DNA of 52,664 nt from a virus (taxonomy: Duplodnaviria; Caudoviricetes). Shown piece by piece: positions 32,139-42,769 of the stretch (its first letter is position 1; each line of letters begins with the position of its first letter). Position numbers and translations under genes: made by a program. The notes beneath the pieces are model-generated. The model had not been told where the DNA came from and made no database searches. It saw only the letters and a list, made by a program, of their open reading frames with translations. The stretch is taken from positions 1 to 52,664 of IMG/VR virus record IMGVR_UViG_3300003690_000059. One strand, given 5' to 3'.

Positions 32139-33632
32139 CTATAAAATAAATGCACGGGAGGTTGTGGGCTGTATAATATGTAAGTTTTCTTTTACCCTGG
32201 TAAGAGCCACATAGAAAACTCTTATTTCATCATCAGGGTCTTTTTGCATCTGCAACCAACTTTTTTGACCTATGTCTGTTAATACAACTACGTTATCGGC
32301 TTCGCTTCCTTTAGCACCGTGAATAGTCGATATTTTAATTCTAGGCTCTTTTGTAAACTTTTCTCCGCGCCGTAAACAAGCAATCAAATATTGTTTCTCT
32401 TTATCAGACACTTTATCGAAGGCTTCGTGCCAGATTGCCATAGTTAATAATCCATACGAAGAAGAAAGATCTTGTATATTAACAAGTGTATCATCAAATA
32501 TGGCCTTAAGACCTTTATGAGATTTAGAAACCCCTTTATCAGCAGTCATGTATTTATAGATATTTCTTACTTGAGCAATAGTAATTTTTCCTTGTTTTCT
32601 TAGTTGCTCCCAATCTAAAATAGCGTTTAGCAGTAGTTCTGAAACACTTTTCCTATTGTTTCTTTGATAAAAAAATCCCTCCAACCGACATTGTTGTTCA
32701 ACAGTAGAGAGCATATAGTTGTTTCGGGCCAGTATTAACCATTGCCCTTTCCGCATATCAATGTGTTCAATATTAGTATGCCAATACAACTTGCCCTCTC
32801 TTGGTTGTGGCTTCCAAAACTTTTCGCGTCTTCTTGATATTCTTTTAACTAGGGAATCTGCTAAATAGTGAGCATGCTGGGGTACACGATATGATTGATC
32901 TAAAATTTTCAAATTCCCCTCAAGCGAAAGAAAGTGATCTACATCTGCTCCTGCCCATCTAAAAATAGCTTGATCATCATCTCCGGCAATATATGTATAC
33001 TTTGATTTTTCCTGTAGTTTATTGACAAGTTGCCATTGTAGAAAACTTAAATCCTGTGCTTCATCAATAAAAATAACGTCTAAATTTGGGGCTACATCTT
33101 GAGTCACAAATAAAGAGAGCATGTCAGTAAAGTCATACAAGTGTCTCTGTTTTTTAAATTCTGATAAACCTCTTTCAGCTCTATCCACTTCATACCAACT
33201 AATATCTAAATTATCTTTTAACCATTGGCTGTGTGCACTTACCCCCCGTACCCTAGCAACTTCAATAGTGCCAAGTATTTGATCCCCCTTCTTGGAAAAA
33301 GCAAAAGAGCCTTCTTCAAAAGAAGATTTACCAGTTATTTGAAGACCCATAATATCTCCAAACTCTTTTTTCTGGTCTTCGTTAAAAACTTGTGAACGAC
33401 TCAATCCTAGTTGTTGAAAAGCCAAACTATGCAAAGTCCGAAAAAAAGGAAGATCATCAGAATCAAAGTTAAATGTATCATACGCTCTTTCCTTTGCTTC
33501 GTTGGACGCTCTATTTGTAAAAGCAAAATACCCAATTTTATCTGGTGGTATGCCCTCTTGAACATGCTTTTCTACTAACGAAAGCAGTTGTGATGTTTTA
33601 CCAGTTCCTGGAGGCCCAATGATAATATTCAC
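32139..33632 (-). CDS. SF1 UvrD/Rep-like DNA helicase
   Basis: GPPGTGKT, DEAQD, GDDDQAIF, STIHGAKGSEAD, YVALTR. Confidence 0.92.
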   Translation of the reverse strand: MNIIIGPPGTGKTSQLLSLVEKHVQEGIPPDKIGYFAFTNRASNEAKERAYDTFNFDSDDLPFFRTLHSLAFQQLGLSRSQVFNEDQKKEFGDIMGLQITGKSSFEEGSFAFSKKGDQILGTIEVARVRGVSAHSQWLKDNLDISWYEVDRAERGLSEFKKQRHLYDFTDMLSLFVTQDVAPNLDVIFIDEAQDLSFLQWQLVNKLQEKSKYTYIAGDDDQAIFRWAGADVDHFLSLEGNLKILDQSYRVPQHAHYLADSLVKRISRRREKFWKPQPREGKLYWHTNIEHIDMRKGQWLILARNNYMLSTVEQQCRLEGFFYQRNNRKSVSELLLNAILDWEQLRKQGKITIAQVRNIYKYMTADKGVSKSHKGLKAIFDDTLVNIQDLSSSYGLLTMAIWHEAFDKVSDKEKQYLIACLRRGEKFTKEPRIKISTIHGAKGSEADNVVVLTDIGQKSWLQMQKDPDDEIRVFYVALTRVKENLHIIQPTTSRAFIL

Positions 33633-35134
33633 AGTACTTCTTCGCCAAAACTTGGCAAGTTAAAGGGATCTGTTTGAGAATCAAAAGATGGTATTCCCCA
33701 TAAATTTACGAACCGACCCTTTATATTAACCCCCGAGTGAACCGCATCCAAATCTCTAAGACGAGCAGTTATTTTGGGCCTTGAAAAATATCTGAAGTTA
33801 TGTCTTTGTAAATACGCTTCTAAGTCAGATAACCTGAAAAAAGTTTGGTTATCCTCTGTGAACGGCTTACCTAATAAAATTTCTTCTTTAGTTTGAGCCT
33901 GTGCCCTATCAGTGCAAAAGACCTCAACAAGATCAAGAAACTGACCTTCAATAGAAGCATCTTTGGGAACATCAATAATTGTTACATTGTCTAATAGATT
34001 TTGAATAAGCCCCTGCCACGCTCGTTCGCTCATTTTAGGTGGCATCTTATTGATTGCTTCCATACAAACTCTTTGAAATCTAGTTTGGTTTTGAAGATCT
34101 TCAGTTGACATTTCTAAACGATTGACCTCAACATCAAGAAACCAAACAGGTGGATTTGAGTTTTGTTTTGTTAGCGATCCAAAAGAAGGAATTGCCGCTG
34201 AAGGGGAAATACCGTACTTGCGAGTTTTACATAATCCCGAATTGCAATGACTGCAAATAGGTTGGTCATTACATTTATAGTTATAATCTTTGGTACGGAG
34301 TTGTTTAATAATTGTTAGCACTTCACTTGCAGCTAAAGGTGGTGAAAGAAATTCACGGTTATACTCTTCCATTTTAGTTTCCCAATTATCTGGGTTAGAT
34401 AATTTAGCGTAAATTCCCAAATTAAACAGTCCATTGTTTCTTGTCCCTAATGGAAATCCTTCAGTTATTAAATGTTGAAGACAGGGGGGTCCGTCTTTTA
34501 AAGATTTAGTAGTTCCTTTGACAGATAAATTTTCGAGGTTCTTTATACTGAGGGCATAACTATCAGCAAGATCCAAAAATTGTTCAACGGAATTGACTTC
34601 CCCTTCTTTATCTAAAGAATAACGAGTGGTTTTATCACCTCCAAAATACGGTAAGTTTAGGAAATTTCCAGTATCACCGCGTTCCGCTAATATTTGAGTT
34701 TGTTTAGGAAAAATTTCATGTGAAGCCATACCTAAAGAAGCTGCAACCTCAACTAACTTTAGCCGCATTGTTGCAGCAGGTACAAATTCAGTTGTGAAAA
34801 GAAAAATATGCGCTCCCCCTGATTTACTACGACAAAGAATCAGGGGGAGCTTCTTTTCTTGTATTTTTGAGTTTAGTTCCTTTAGGTTTATAGAAAAATC
34901 ATCAACATCTATACAGCCCCATTTACAGGCATTATCGTCAGTTATGGGGATGATGCCCAGGGATGGCTCTTCGCCGTCGAGGTGCTTTTCCCATAATTCG
35001 GGTACGGGTTTACCTCTTTGAACCCTTGATGCAACCTTCTTTTTACCGTCCTCTCTCAGTCCGATAATTTTGGTTGTTCCGTAAGCTCGATCTTGGCCGG
35101 AAAATCTTTCTATAAACCTCTCTAAGACAGTCAT
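33629..35134 (-). CDS. AEP-type primase with PriCT-like domain
   Basis: 'WGCIDVD', 'RSKSGGAHIFLF', 'GNFLNLPY', 'PPCL...GTRNNGLF', Cys cluster. Confidence 0.8.
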   Translation of the reverse strand: MTVLERFIERFSGQDRAYGTTKIIGLREDGKKKVASRVQRGKPVPELWEKHLDGEEPSLGIIPITDDNACKWGCIDVDDFSINLKELNSKIQEKKLPLILCRSKSGGAHIFLFTTEFVPAATMRLKLVEVAASLGMASHEIFPKQTQILAERGDTGNFLNLPYFGGDKTTRYSLDKEGEVNSVEQFLDLADSYALSIKNLENLSVKGTTKSLKDGPPCLQHLITEGFPLGTRNNGLFNLGIYAKLSNPDNWETKMEEYNREFLSPPLAASEVLTIIKQLRTKDYNYKCNDQPICSHCNSGLCKTRKYGISPSAAIPSFGSLTKQNSNPPVWFLDVEVNRLEMSTEDLQNQTRFQRVCMEAINKMPPKMSERAWQGLIQNLLDNVTIIDVPKDASIEGQFLDLVEVFCTDRAQAQTKEEILLGKPFTEDNQTFFRLSDLEAYLQRHNFRYFSRPKITARLRDLDAVHSGVNIKGRFVNLWGIPSFDSQTDPFNLPSFGEEVL

Positions 35135-35147
35135 TCTATTGACTATT

Positions 35148-35924
35148 CTAGAATGGTACGTCGTCTGAAGCTTCTTTTTCCTCTTCTTGAGGAGCTGTAG
35201 TTATAACACCAGACATTACCGTTCCATGAAAGGAAGCCCCTAGCTTAAATTCTTCGGGTGTTACGGGCCGTTGGTTCAAAACTTCATAGCCAAACCAACT
35301 TCCTAAAGCATTTTTCTCAGGCGCAGTTTTAATAGTGTATGCGTAAGCGAATGAAGGGTAGGGTTTAATACTACCATCCTTTACCGTGACTGTTTGTGAC
35401 ATCATTTGCGTATTCCAACGCCGAGACTTCTTTAGTTGAGTCCCCTTCATTGAGAGTATCGCTTGAACAGCCCCGTGTTTCGTACCTAAAAGTAAGACAA
35501 AATGTTTAGCCGTATTTACGATATAATTTCCAGTAGGCAGAATATCTTGTCCTTTTTCATTTTTTGTAGTAGTCGATAGAATTGTGCTTTCAATACTATG
35601 GGCGAAAACAAACCCCCCATCCTGTTCGCGGGGAATCCATTCATCCAGTTCCCTCTTATAAGCACAAGGAATAACTTCAATGCCTTTTTCACCATCAAAA
35701 ATTTCATTGGTGACGCTATTGAAAATCATCCCTACTTCTGCCCCCTCTATATACTTTCCATCACGCTTACTAGCTTGTGGAGAGTTGCTTTGAATAATGT
35801 TTATATAGGGGATAGCTATGTCGTCTTTCTTAACCTCTTCAACACCTGCTCCAGCAAAGTTTGCTAGATCGTCTAGAGAAACGGCAAGAGGAGCGTCCTC
35901 TTTCTTCGCAACTTGATTAGCCAT
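35148..35924 (-). CDS. Single-stranded DNA-binding / annealing protein
   Basis: 'MKGTQLKKSRRWN', acidic tail ending DDVPF; replication operon. Confidence 0.7.
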   Translation of the reverse strand: MANQVAKKEDAPLAVSLDDLANFAGAGVEEVKKDDIAIPYINIIQSNSPQASKRDGKYIEGAEVGMIFNSVTNEIFDGEKGIEVIPCAYKRELDEWIPREQDGGFVFAHSIESTILSTTTKNEKGQDILPTGNYIVNTAKHFVLLLGTKHGAVQAILSMKGTQLKKSRRWNTQMMSQTVTVKDGSIKPYPSFAYAYTIKTAPEKNALGSWFGYEVLNQRPVTPEEFKLGASFHGTVMSGVITTAPQEEEKEASDDVPF

Positions 35925-35935
35925 TTCAAATTCTC

Positions 35936-36511
35936 CTATTTAATGTTGGCTCTTTCGCCGATGAACAAGTTGAACAAATCATCGGGCAGGTCTTTACCGC
36001 CCTCAATTTGTTCACGAGCAAAACCCCTTAGAGTTGAAGGTTCTACCCATTCTTTATCGCTAGGATGGAGACCTCTTTCTGACAATTCCTCTTTAAGAGT
36101 AATTGCTTGGTCATCCTTATCTCGCGTAAAGTCCACAATGACCCGGTGTTTTATCAAACTTTCATGGCCGTTGTCTCTTAACCATTCAAAAGCTGATGAA
36201 GTCTTTTCAGCGGGGATAGTACAACTGTAGAATTTCTTAACAGAAACTTCTTTCCCGTCACTAAGGATTATCGTAGTTAAACCGTATTCCGTCATTAAAG
36301 CAGGAAGCAGGTCTTCGGCTAATTTTTTTCTAGCTGTTTTTTGATCTTTTAAGGTTCTTTCAACCTCGGCTATTTCTTCATCATGTTCTATTATTTGATT
36401 TGCTAACGCAGCAACACGCCCAAGTTGGCTATCGTCAAACATGGAAACTTGATTGTCTGCATCAAAAAAGGCAGCAATTTCATCTTTTGTGACACTTAGT
36501 TTGGGATCCAT
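35936..36511 (-). CDS. Conserved replication-module protein
   Basis: Coiled coil plus 'AFEWLRDNGHESLIK...VEPSTLRGFARE'. Confidence 0.65.
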   Translation of the reverse strand: MDPKLSVTKDEIAAFFDADNQVSMFDDSQLGRVAALANQIIEHDEEIAEVERTLKDQKTARKKLAEDLLPALMTEYGLTTIILSDGKEVSVKKFYSCTIPAEKTSSAFEWLRDNGHESLIKHRVIVDFTRDKDDQAITLKEELSERGLHPSDKEWVEPSTLRGFAREQIEGGKDLPDDLFNLFIGERANIK

Positions 36512-36526
36512 TTACTCACCTCATTA

Positions 36527-36832
36527 TCAGTTGATTTGGATTTTAACGGGATAATAGGTTTTTTCAATGCGATCCCATTTAAGAATGGAAAATTTTCCAA
36601 TTGAATATTCACTCGCTATAATACAGGCTATACCTATAGCAGCAGGATCGCCCATTAAAAGTAAAAAATCATCACTGGAAAAATTCTTCAGGGATTTTCT
36701 CAGCCTTAAAATTGTCGGGGAGGGGCTTAAAACTATATTAATATTTGAGGGCAGGAGTACTTGGAGATCACCGTACTTCCTTGCCCCAAGTATATTTCTA
36801 CCAGGCACTTCCTGAACAACGTATACAGTCAA
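36527..36832 (-). CDS. Conserved hypothetical protein
   Basis: 'VYVVQE...A.KYG...DFLLLMGDP...LKWDR...YYP'; AGGAG RBS. Confidence 0.65.
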   Translation of the reverse strand: MTVYVVQEVPGRNILGARKYGDLQVLLPSNINIVLSPSPTILRLRKSLKNFSSDDFLLLMGDPAAIGIACIIASEYSIGKFSILKWDRIEKTYYPVKIQIN

Positions 36833-37108
36833 AACTTTCTCCTGCTCTTTCTTTTTCTATTAGCTATTTACCTATTATATATATACGGTTCATGAAAGCT
36901 AGTAAAAATATATCTTTTGGCAGCCAATAAGCAATATACCAATATGATTTTTATCAATCCTTTGAAAGATATAAAGAATGTTTATATTGGTGATTATTGT
37001 TCTTTCTGTTCAGCCCACCGTGATGTTTTACTTTTTAGATAAAAAACAACTTTATATAGCTATATATAGAAGGTAAACTATAAATTACTCAGAAAGATAA
37101 GAAAGAAA
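36833..37108. promoter_or_regulatory. AT-rich divergent control region with CCAATA iterons and IHF consensus (candidate origin)
   Basis: CCAATA at 36924 and 36939, GCAATA at 36931, TATCAATCCTTTG at 36952, TATTGG at 36985. Confidence 0.5.
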
Positions 37109-38551
37109 ATGCAAAACTATAGATTCCGAATTAAACCATATGAGCACCAACGAGTTGCTTTGGGTGCAAGTTGGGACAAAGAAGAATTTGCCTACTTCAT
37201 GGAAATGGGGACAGGTAAGTCAAAAGTTCTGATTGATAATATTTCAATCTTATATGATAATGGCCATATTGATTCTGCACTTATTATTGCCCCAAAGGGA
37301 GTCTATAGAAATTGGGTTGAGTCAGAAATACCTAAACACATACCCGATCATATATATCATAGAATTATAGCGTGGGTGCCAAACCCTAATAAAAAAGAAA
37401 AAGAAGAACTGATCAGCCTTTTTGAAATCACCCCTGATCTCGTATTTTTCGTAATGAATATTGAAGCATTTAGTACAAAGAAGGGGACAACTTTCGTTGA
37501 GAAATTTCTACTTTCTCATAATGCCCTTTTTGCCATAGATGAAAGTACATCAATAAAAAACTCTAGTGCACGAAGAACGAAAGCTGTGACAAAACTTGGC
37601 AAAATGGTCAAGTATAAAAGAATTCTTACGGGACTCCCGGTAACTAAATCCCCCCTTGATCTGTACAGCCAGTGTGCTTTTCTCAGTGAAGATTTGTTAG
37701 GGTTCAGCTCATTTTATTCTTATAAAAATCATTTTGCAATTATTCAAAAAAGATCTGTTGCCACCCATAGTTTTCAACAAATTGTAGGATACAGAAATCT
37801 AGAAGAATTAAAAGATTTAGTTAAAAACTTTTCTTATCGGATATTGAAAAAAGATTGTCTTGATTTACCAGAAAAAACATATTCTATTCGTACTGTTGAA
37901 TTAACAAAAGAACAAAAGAAAATCTACAGAGAACTACAAGATTATGCTCTCGCTGAACTAGGAGATTCTGAGATAGTAACAGCGGCCTCCGTCATCACTC
38001 AAATACTAAGACTACAGCAGGTGGTGTGCGGTTTTGTTCGTTCAGATCAAGGAAAAGTTCTAGAAATTCCCAGTAACCGTATAACCGAACTTTTATCTAT
38101 TTTTGAGGAATTGGATAATAAATGTATAATTTGGGCAAACTACCAATACGATATTCGTAAAATTGAATCTGAAATAGCCAAGATCTATGGCCCAACTTCA
38201 GTAGCTTCTTACTATGGAGAAACCCCCCCTAAAGAACGACAAGGTATAGTCAGTCGTTTTCAAGACCCAGACTCTGAACTTCGATTCTTCATAGGTCAGC
38301 CCAGGACTGGTGGATTTGGGCTTACGTTAACGCAAGGAACGACAGTTGTCTATTATTCAAATAGCTATGACCTTGAAACACGCCTTCAATCTGAAGACAG
38401 AGCGCACCGTATAGGGCAGGAGAATAAAGTTACATACATAGATCTATGTGTACATAAAACAGTTGATGAAAAAATAATTAAATCACTTCGATCAAAAATT
38501 AATATGGCAACTCAAATTCTAGGAGAGGATTATAGAAAGTGGCTACTTTAA
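37109..38551 (+). CDS. SNF2-family (SF2) helicase
   Basis: 'EMGTGKS', 'IDEST', 'ILTGLP', 'GFGLTL', 'QSEDRAHRIGQ'; the only long + strand gene. Confidence 0.92.
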   Translation: MQNYRFRIKPYEHQRVALGASWDKEEFAYFMEMGTGKSKVLIDNISILYDNGHIDSALIIAPKGVYRNWVESEIPKHIPDHIYHRIIAWVPNPNKKEKEELISLFEITPDLVFFVMNIEAFSTKKGTTFVEKFLLSHNALFAIDESTSIKNSSARRTKAVTKLGKMVKYKRILTGLPVTKSPLDLYSQCAFLSEDLLGFSSFYSYKNHFAIIQKRSVATHSFQQIVGYRNLEELKDLVKNFSYRILKKDCLDLPEKTYSIRTVELTKEQKKIYRELQDYALAELGDSEIVTAASVITQILRLQQVVCGFVRSDQGKVLEIPSNRITELLSIFEELDNKCIIWANYQYDIRKIESEIAKIYGPTSVASYYGETPPKERQGIVSRFQDPDSELRFFIGQPRTGGFGLTLTQGTTVVYYSNSYDLETRLQSEDRAHRIGQENKVTYIDLCVHKTVDEKIIKSLRSKINMATQILGEDYRKWLL

Positions 38552-38943
38552 TAAACGTAAATAATCTGGGGGAGGTCAGTATAATCAGACCTTCTATCTA
38601 AGTGGACAAAGGTGGAAGCAACACCAATTGTCCACCCTTCATTGAGAGAAATTTTAATAAGATCACAACGATAACCACTATTGGGGATATGTATGTCAAC
38701 GGCGCAGGTATCAGTATTGTATTTAGGATTGTCAATAAGGTGAAAGCTGTTTTTAGATGCAGGATACCCCCTTTTAAGAAGCCAATTAACATGAGCCGTT
38801 GACCGGCATCCACTGTTGACTTGCATAGGCTGGCCCAAAGAGTCTCGAAGTTTATCTAATTTTTCTCCAAAACCTTTTGCCAACTTCACCTCTTTAGAAG
38901 AAGGACACATCAATTCCTTTTCAGTGAAATATTGTAGCATCAT
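38548..38943 (-). CDS. Peptidase M15A family endolysin
   Basis: 'YF...EL.C', 'VNSGCR', 'NSFH...AVDI', 'FVHLD' Zn ligands. Confidence 0.8.
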   Translation of the reverse strand: MMLQYFTEKELMCPSSKEVKLAKGFGEKLDKLRDSLGQPMQVNSGCRSTAHVNWLLKRGYPASKNSFHLIDNPKYNTDTCAVDIHIPNSGYRCDLIKISLNEGWTIGVASTFVHLDRRSDYTDLPQIIYVY

Positions 38944-41900
38944 TCTAGTATACGCTCAATAGCCTCATTAACAGACTCTTCTTTACTTTGAATAGGTATA
39001 GGTTGACGATTACCTTGGGCATCTGTAATTGTATAATTATCTAATAATTCTTCTATATCACTTTCGCTCCAGGGGCCTCGTCCCAATAGCACAGAACCAA
39101 GAGCATTAGCCGTTATAGGGTTAACTTTTGATGCCCGAATTTTCAACGCTTGATCAAGAGCTTTTGGGTCAGATAACAACCGAGTAAATGCTCTTTCCTC
39201 TCCAGACATCCATATCTTAGTTCCTAGATTCAAGGCTCTTGCTTTTCTATTTAAAACACCTACCCAAATTTTTGCTACAAATCCAGGAAGTCTTTTGATA
39301 TCTTGCCAAAGACCACTTTCACCAGCCCTTATAGGATCTGCACGATACATTGCGGCACGCCCCGCCACTCCCATTTCTCTTGGGTTTGCAACCTCATTCA
39401 TTTCTTTAAACAACAAGCGTAAATTATCAAAATGTTCTGGTCCAAAAACTTCAGCCAACGCAGTCCGCTCTCTATTCAAAAATTCCACACTACTTTCCGT
39501 AATATCTCGAGCTGAAAGCTGTTTCCCTGAAGCGGCGGTAAATTGTACATCTGGGTTGTAGATTTTGCTAAGAGTGAGGGTTTTGAACCTTGCTTGCGCA
39601 AGAGAGTACTCATCTGATGAAAGACCCCGCTTCAGTATTCGGTTCAATTCTCTAATAGATTTGGTATTGTCAGTACTCGACCGGCCTGTTTGCCATATAA
39701 GATCATACAATTTATGGGGTTCGTGAATAGCTAATTGTTGCAAATCTCCTGTACTGAAGCTTCTCAAGAATGGAAGGTCTTTTAAGGCTTTTTCCATTTT
39801 CTCTATTCTTGCATAACGACTTTTTAATGTGTCACTACGCACGATCTTTTTAGCAAACTCTTCTAATTTGGGGTCGTTTGGAAATAATTGCCGAACCCAT
39901 GGTCCATAGTCATTAAGGAATTGATCAAATTTGGCGCCAGTAACAGTTTCTTCGGCAAATCGAAGACCACCCATCTTTACAGTTCGCGTTGCTCCACTAA
40001 TTTCTACGCCTTCTCCTGGTTTCAATTCTCTTAAAAGAACGTTTCGTAATCTTGTTCTAAGAACGTTTCTTAAAAGGTCTTCTTGTTCACGACCATACAG
40101 CCCAAAACCTTTAAAGGTGCTAAGGATTTCTGAAATAGTTGTGTCATCGTTCATTGATTTCAAAAATTTATTTGCGAGTTGATCAGTATTTAGATCAGTC
40201 ATCCCTTGATCAAATTGTTTTTTCCAAATAGAGTGGAATGCTCTTAAATCTTTGTGAGCAACTTTCCATTTTTTATATAGAACAGGGTCAAGTCTTTTAA
40301 GACCTTGACCTTCCACCTTTTTTAACATTTCCTTCAGATTGAGCAACCTCCTTTTGTTTTCGCCAGTAGCTTTTCCTACCGCTTCAGTGATTCGATCACT
40401 AAGTTGTCTTATTTCAGAATAAGTTACAGCAACTCCGTCTTTTCCTGCTGCTGCGTCACGCAAATCTAGAAATAGCTTTTTGAGTTCTACTGGGTATGCG
40501 CTAGCGTCTCCCTTAAAAGCAGGACTTAAAGAACCAAGATCTGATTCGAATTTCTTTGAGACTCTTGTTATGTCAAATATTTTTGCGTTGAATTTTTGAG
40601 CGGCTGCTCGTACTAAGTTCAAGCTGCCATAAATTCCAGTTAGGGTCTTCGAAGCAGGAACACCATGGGCAGTGCCGAGAGCTACTTCAGCGGCTTCCCT
40701 TATATTACGACCAAAAGCAGCTTCCGTACCTTCTCCTGTACCTTTAAAGGCTAGCCTCCAATCTTCTATTAATTGTCGGTTGGCGACAGTCATGCTGTCA
40801 AGAAGGTTATTTATTCTTGTACCATCGCCTGAGCGTATTGCAGCTTGTACTTGTGATCCGAACTCAGAGGCGTCATCGTAATTTGCGGGACGAATTATGG
40901 TCCCATCAGGTAGTGTTCGAGTACCTTCGTCTAGACTGTGGAGCATCTGCTGACGAGCGACTTGTGCCTCAGGGAGAATATCCTCCATTGCCCGAAACTG
41001 CGAAGCGGAGGCATCCATTCGATCCGCTCGTTTAACTAACTCCCTGCTTTCTTTTCCAACAGTTGTGCTCGCTAGTTCTCTTAATTCTCTTGCAGCTCTT
41101 TCTAAAATTAAAGCTGGAGATTCGATACCCTCACTCGCAAACTTTTTACCAAATTTACTTTCACCCCATCGGCGATAGGCATCGTCCCAATCTTCTTTCC
41201 GTACAAAGGATTCAGCTTCTGAACCGCCTTTGGTAAAAATGGCCTTACCTATTCTAAAGATAGTACTTCCTAATACAGCACCTCCCGCAGACCAAGCAGC
41301 TTCACTTACAAGTTCGCCCATCCAATTAGTGAGAGGGATAATTTGCTCTTTTCCAGTTTTGTGAGAAACCCATGCGTTTTTTGAACTATCTAATGTAAAA
41401 CCACCTATACGAAAAGCTTCTTCCATAACCAAAAATTTAGAAACTGTCGCACCAACCGCACCACCTGCGGTTGCTCCTCCAAAAGCTGTTACTGGCCCTG
41501 CTAAACCACCAGCCACACCACCAGCTATTGCCCCTGCTACATCACCAAATATTATATAAGCTTCAGGGAGGACATCAATTACATCGCTCCAATCAAATGT
41601 AATTGGATCAATAGGTTGGTTACCTTCTGTTGGATGATCAAAAGTTAGGCGTGGCCCATCAGCCGTAGGTTTCATTTGTAAGTTAAGATCTTCAAGAGTC
41701 CAGCTTAAATCATCAGTCCCATATTTTATGTTAATATCTGTGAGAAGAATCTGTCCAATCAGATCTTCAGCCACAGAGTATTCTTTTCCGCTGGCGTCCT
41801 CACCTTTCGGTAATTGAGCCAAGAAACGAATTGCGTCATTTGCTCGTTGAGTTACTTCCTTAAATTCTTCAGGTTTTTTTACAGGAACGCGGCCATACTC

Positions 41901-42539
41901 TCGGAAATCCACAAATAGCTTGACCGGATCAGTCCGAGGGTCATAACCATACCTTTCGTAAAGAACTGTTTCTGCTGGCGAAGCTCCTTCTGGCGGATCT
42001 CCTCTTATTTCTGCTGGAGTAGGCACGTAATCGTCTAATTTTTCCCTGAAATATCGACTGAAAAAGCTAGCCGTACCTCCTCGCGCCGAGGCTATTTTTT
42101 CAGCTTCTAGTTCAGATTCACTGGGTAAACGACCTATAAGAGGAACGGCCACATTACGGGTAAACCAACTTGCATCTTCTCGAGGAATGTCTACTTCTGG
42201 TGCACCATAGTATTTTTCAATTAAATCAAGATGTTCGGGTCCAAGCAATTCTTCAACTTCAGTAGGGAACACCTCTCCTCGTGTCAATCTTTCCAGTGTA
42301 CTTCCTAGAAACCCTACGGATCCCTGACCAATAGTGGGTTCATATACTTTATGGATTATGGGCATCCCCGTTTTATCCAATCCTGCGTCAAGAAGCAACC
42401 TTATCCGTTGTGCTTGTACTTCCGCTGATTCTGCAGGAGGTTCCGGTAGTTGGTGTCGTCCACCTCTCCCGCCTCTCCCGCGGGGTGCTTGGATTGGCTC
42501 AACATCTGGATCTAAGAAAGAAAAATCAGGTTCGGCCAT
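38940..42539 (-). CDS. Large internal virion / DNA ejection protein
   Basis: 1199 aa helical, Gly/Ala hydrophobic segment; last of the large genes after the tail nozzle. Confidence 0.6.
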   Translation of the reverse strand: MAEPDFSFLDPDVEPIQAPRGRGGRGGRHQLPEPPAESAEVQAQRIRLLLDAGLDKTGMPIIHKVYEPTIGQGSVGFLGSTLERLTRGEVFPTEVEELLGPEHLDLIEKYYGAPEVDIPREDASWFTRNVAVPLIGRLPSESELEAEKIASARGGTASFFSRYFREKLDDYVPTPAEIRGDPPEGASPAETVLYERYGYDPRTDPVKLFVDFREYGRVPVKKPEEFKEVTQRANDAIRFLAQLPKGEDASGKEYSVAEDLIGQILLTDINIKYGTDDLSWTLEDLNLQMKPTADGPRLTFDHPTEGNQPIDPITFDWSDVIDVLPEAYIIFGDVAGAIAGGVAGGLAGPVTAFGGATAGGAVGATVSKFLVMEEAFRIGGFTLDSSKNAWVSHKTGKEQIIPLTNWMGELVSEAAWSAGGAVLGSTIFRIGKAIFTKGGSEAESFVRKEDWDDAYRRWGESKFGKKFASEGIESPALILERAARELRELASTTVGKESRELVKRADRMDASASQFRAMEDILPEAQVARQQMLHSLDEGTRTLPDGTIIRPANYDDASEFGSQVQAAIRSGDGTRINNLLDSMTVANRQLIEDWRLAFKGTGEGTEAAFGRNIREAAEVALGTAHGVPASKTLTGIYGSLNLVRAAAQKFNAKIFDITRVSKKFESDLGSLSPAFKGDASAYPVELKKLFLDLRDAAAGKDGVAVTYSEIRQLSDRITEAVGKATGENKRRLLNLKEMLKKVEGQGLKRLDPVLYKKWKVAHKDLRAFHSIWKKQFDQGMTDLNTDQLANKFLKSMNDDTTISEILSTFKGFGLYGREQEDLLRNVLRTRLRNVLLRELKPGEGVEISGATRTVKMGGLRFAEETVTGAKFDQFLNDYGPWVRQLFPNDPKLEEFAKKIVRSDTLKSRYARIEKMEKALKDLPFLRSFSTGDLQQLAIHEPHKLYDLIWQTGRSSTDNTKSIRELNRILKRGLSSDEYSLAQARFKTLTLSKIYNPDVQFTAASGKQLSARDITESSVEFLNRERTALAEVFGPEHFDNLRLLFKEMNEVANPREMGVAGRAAMYRADPIRAGESGLWQDIKRLPGFVAKIWVGVLNRKARALNLGTKIWMSGEERAFTRLLSDPKALDQALKIRASKVNPITANALGSVLLGRGPWSESDIEELLDNYTITDAQGNRQPIPIQSKEESVNEAIERILE

Positions 42540-42551
42540 TATTCTATTTTC

Positions 42552-42746
42552 CTATTGAAAAAGATTTTTATCTCTTAGCGACTTAACATGGGCACGATAT
42601 GTGTTTTTTTGGACATCAGAAAGAGTGGCCCACCATGTTTGTAAGCTGGCAGCGTTTCTTTCAACTCCAGCTTCTTCCATAATCTTTAAAGCAACTTGTT
42701 CACCCTCAGTTAACGGAGCTCCTGTATAAGGTACTGTCTGACCCAT
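42552..42746 (-). CDS. Probable C-terminal portion of 42770..45445 (frameshifted) or small ORF
   Basis: Frame is open upstream to 42839 and overlaps the end of the large ORF; no clear RBS. Confidence 0.4.
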   Translation of the reverse strand: MGQTVPYTGAPLTEGEQVALKIMEEAGVERNAASLQTWWATLSDVQKNTYRAHVKSLRDKNLFQ

Positions 42747-42769
42747 GTATGTATAGCTAGATTCTTCTG

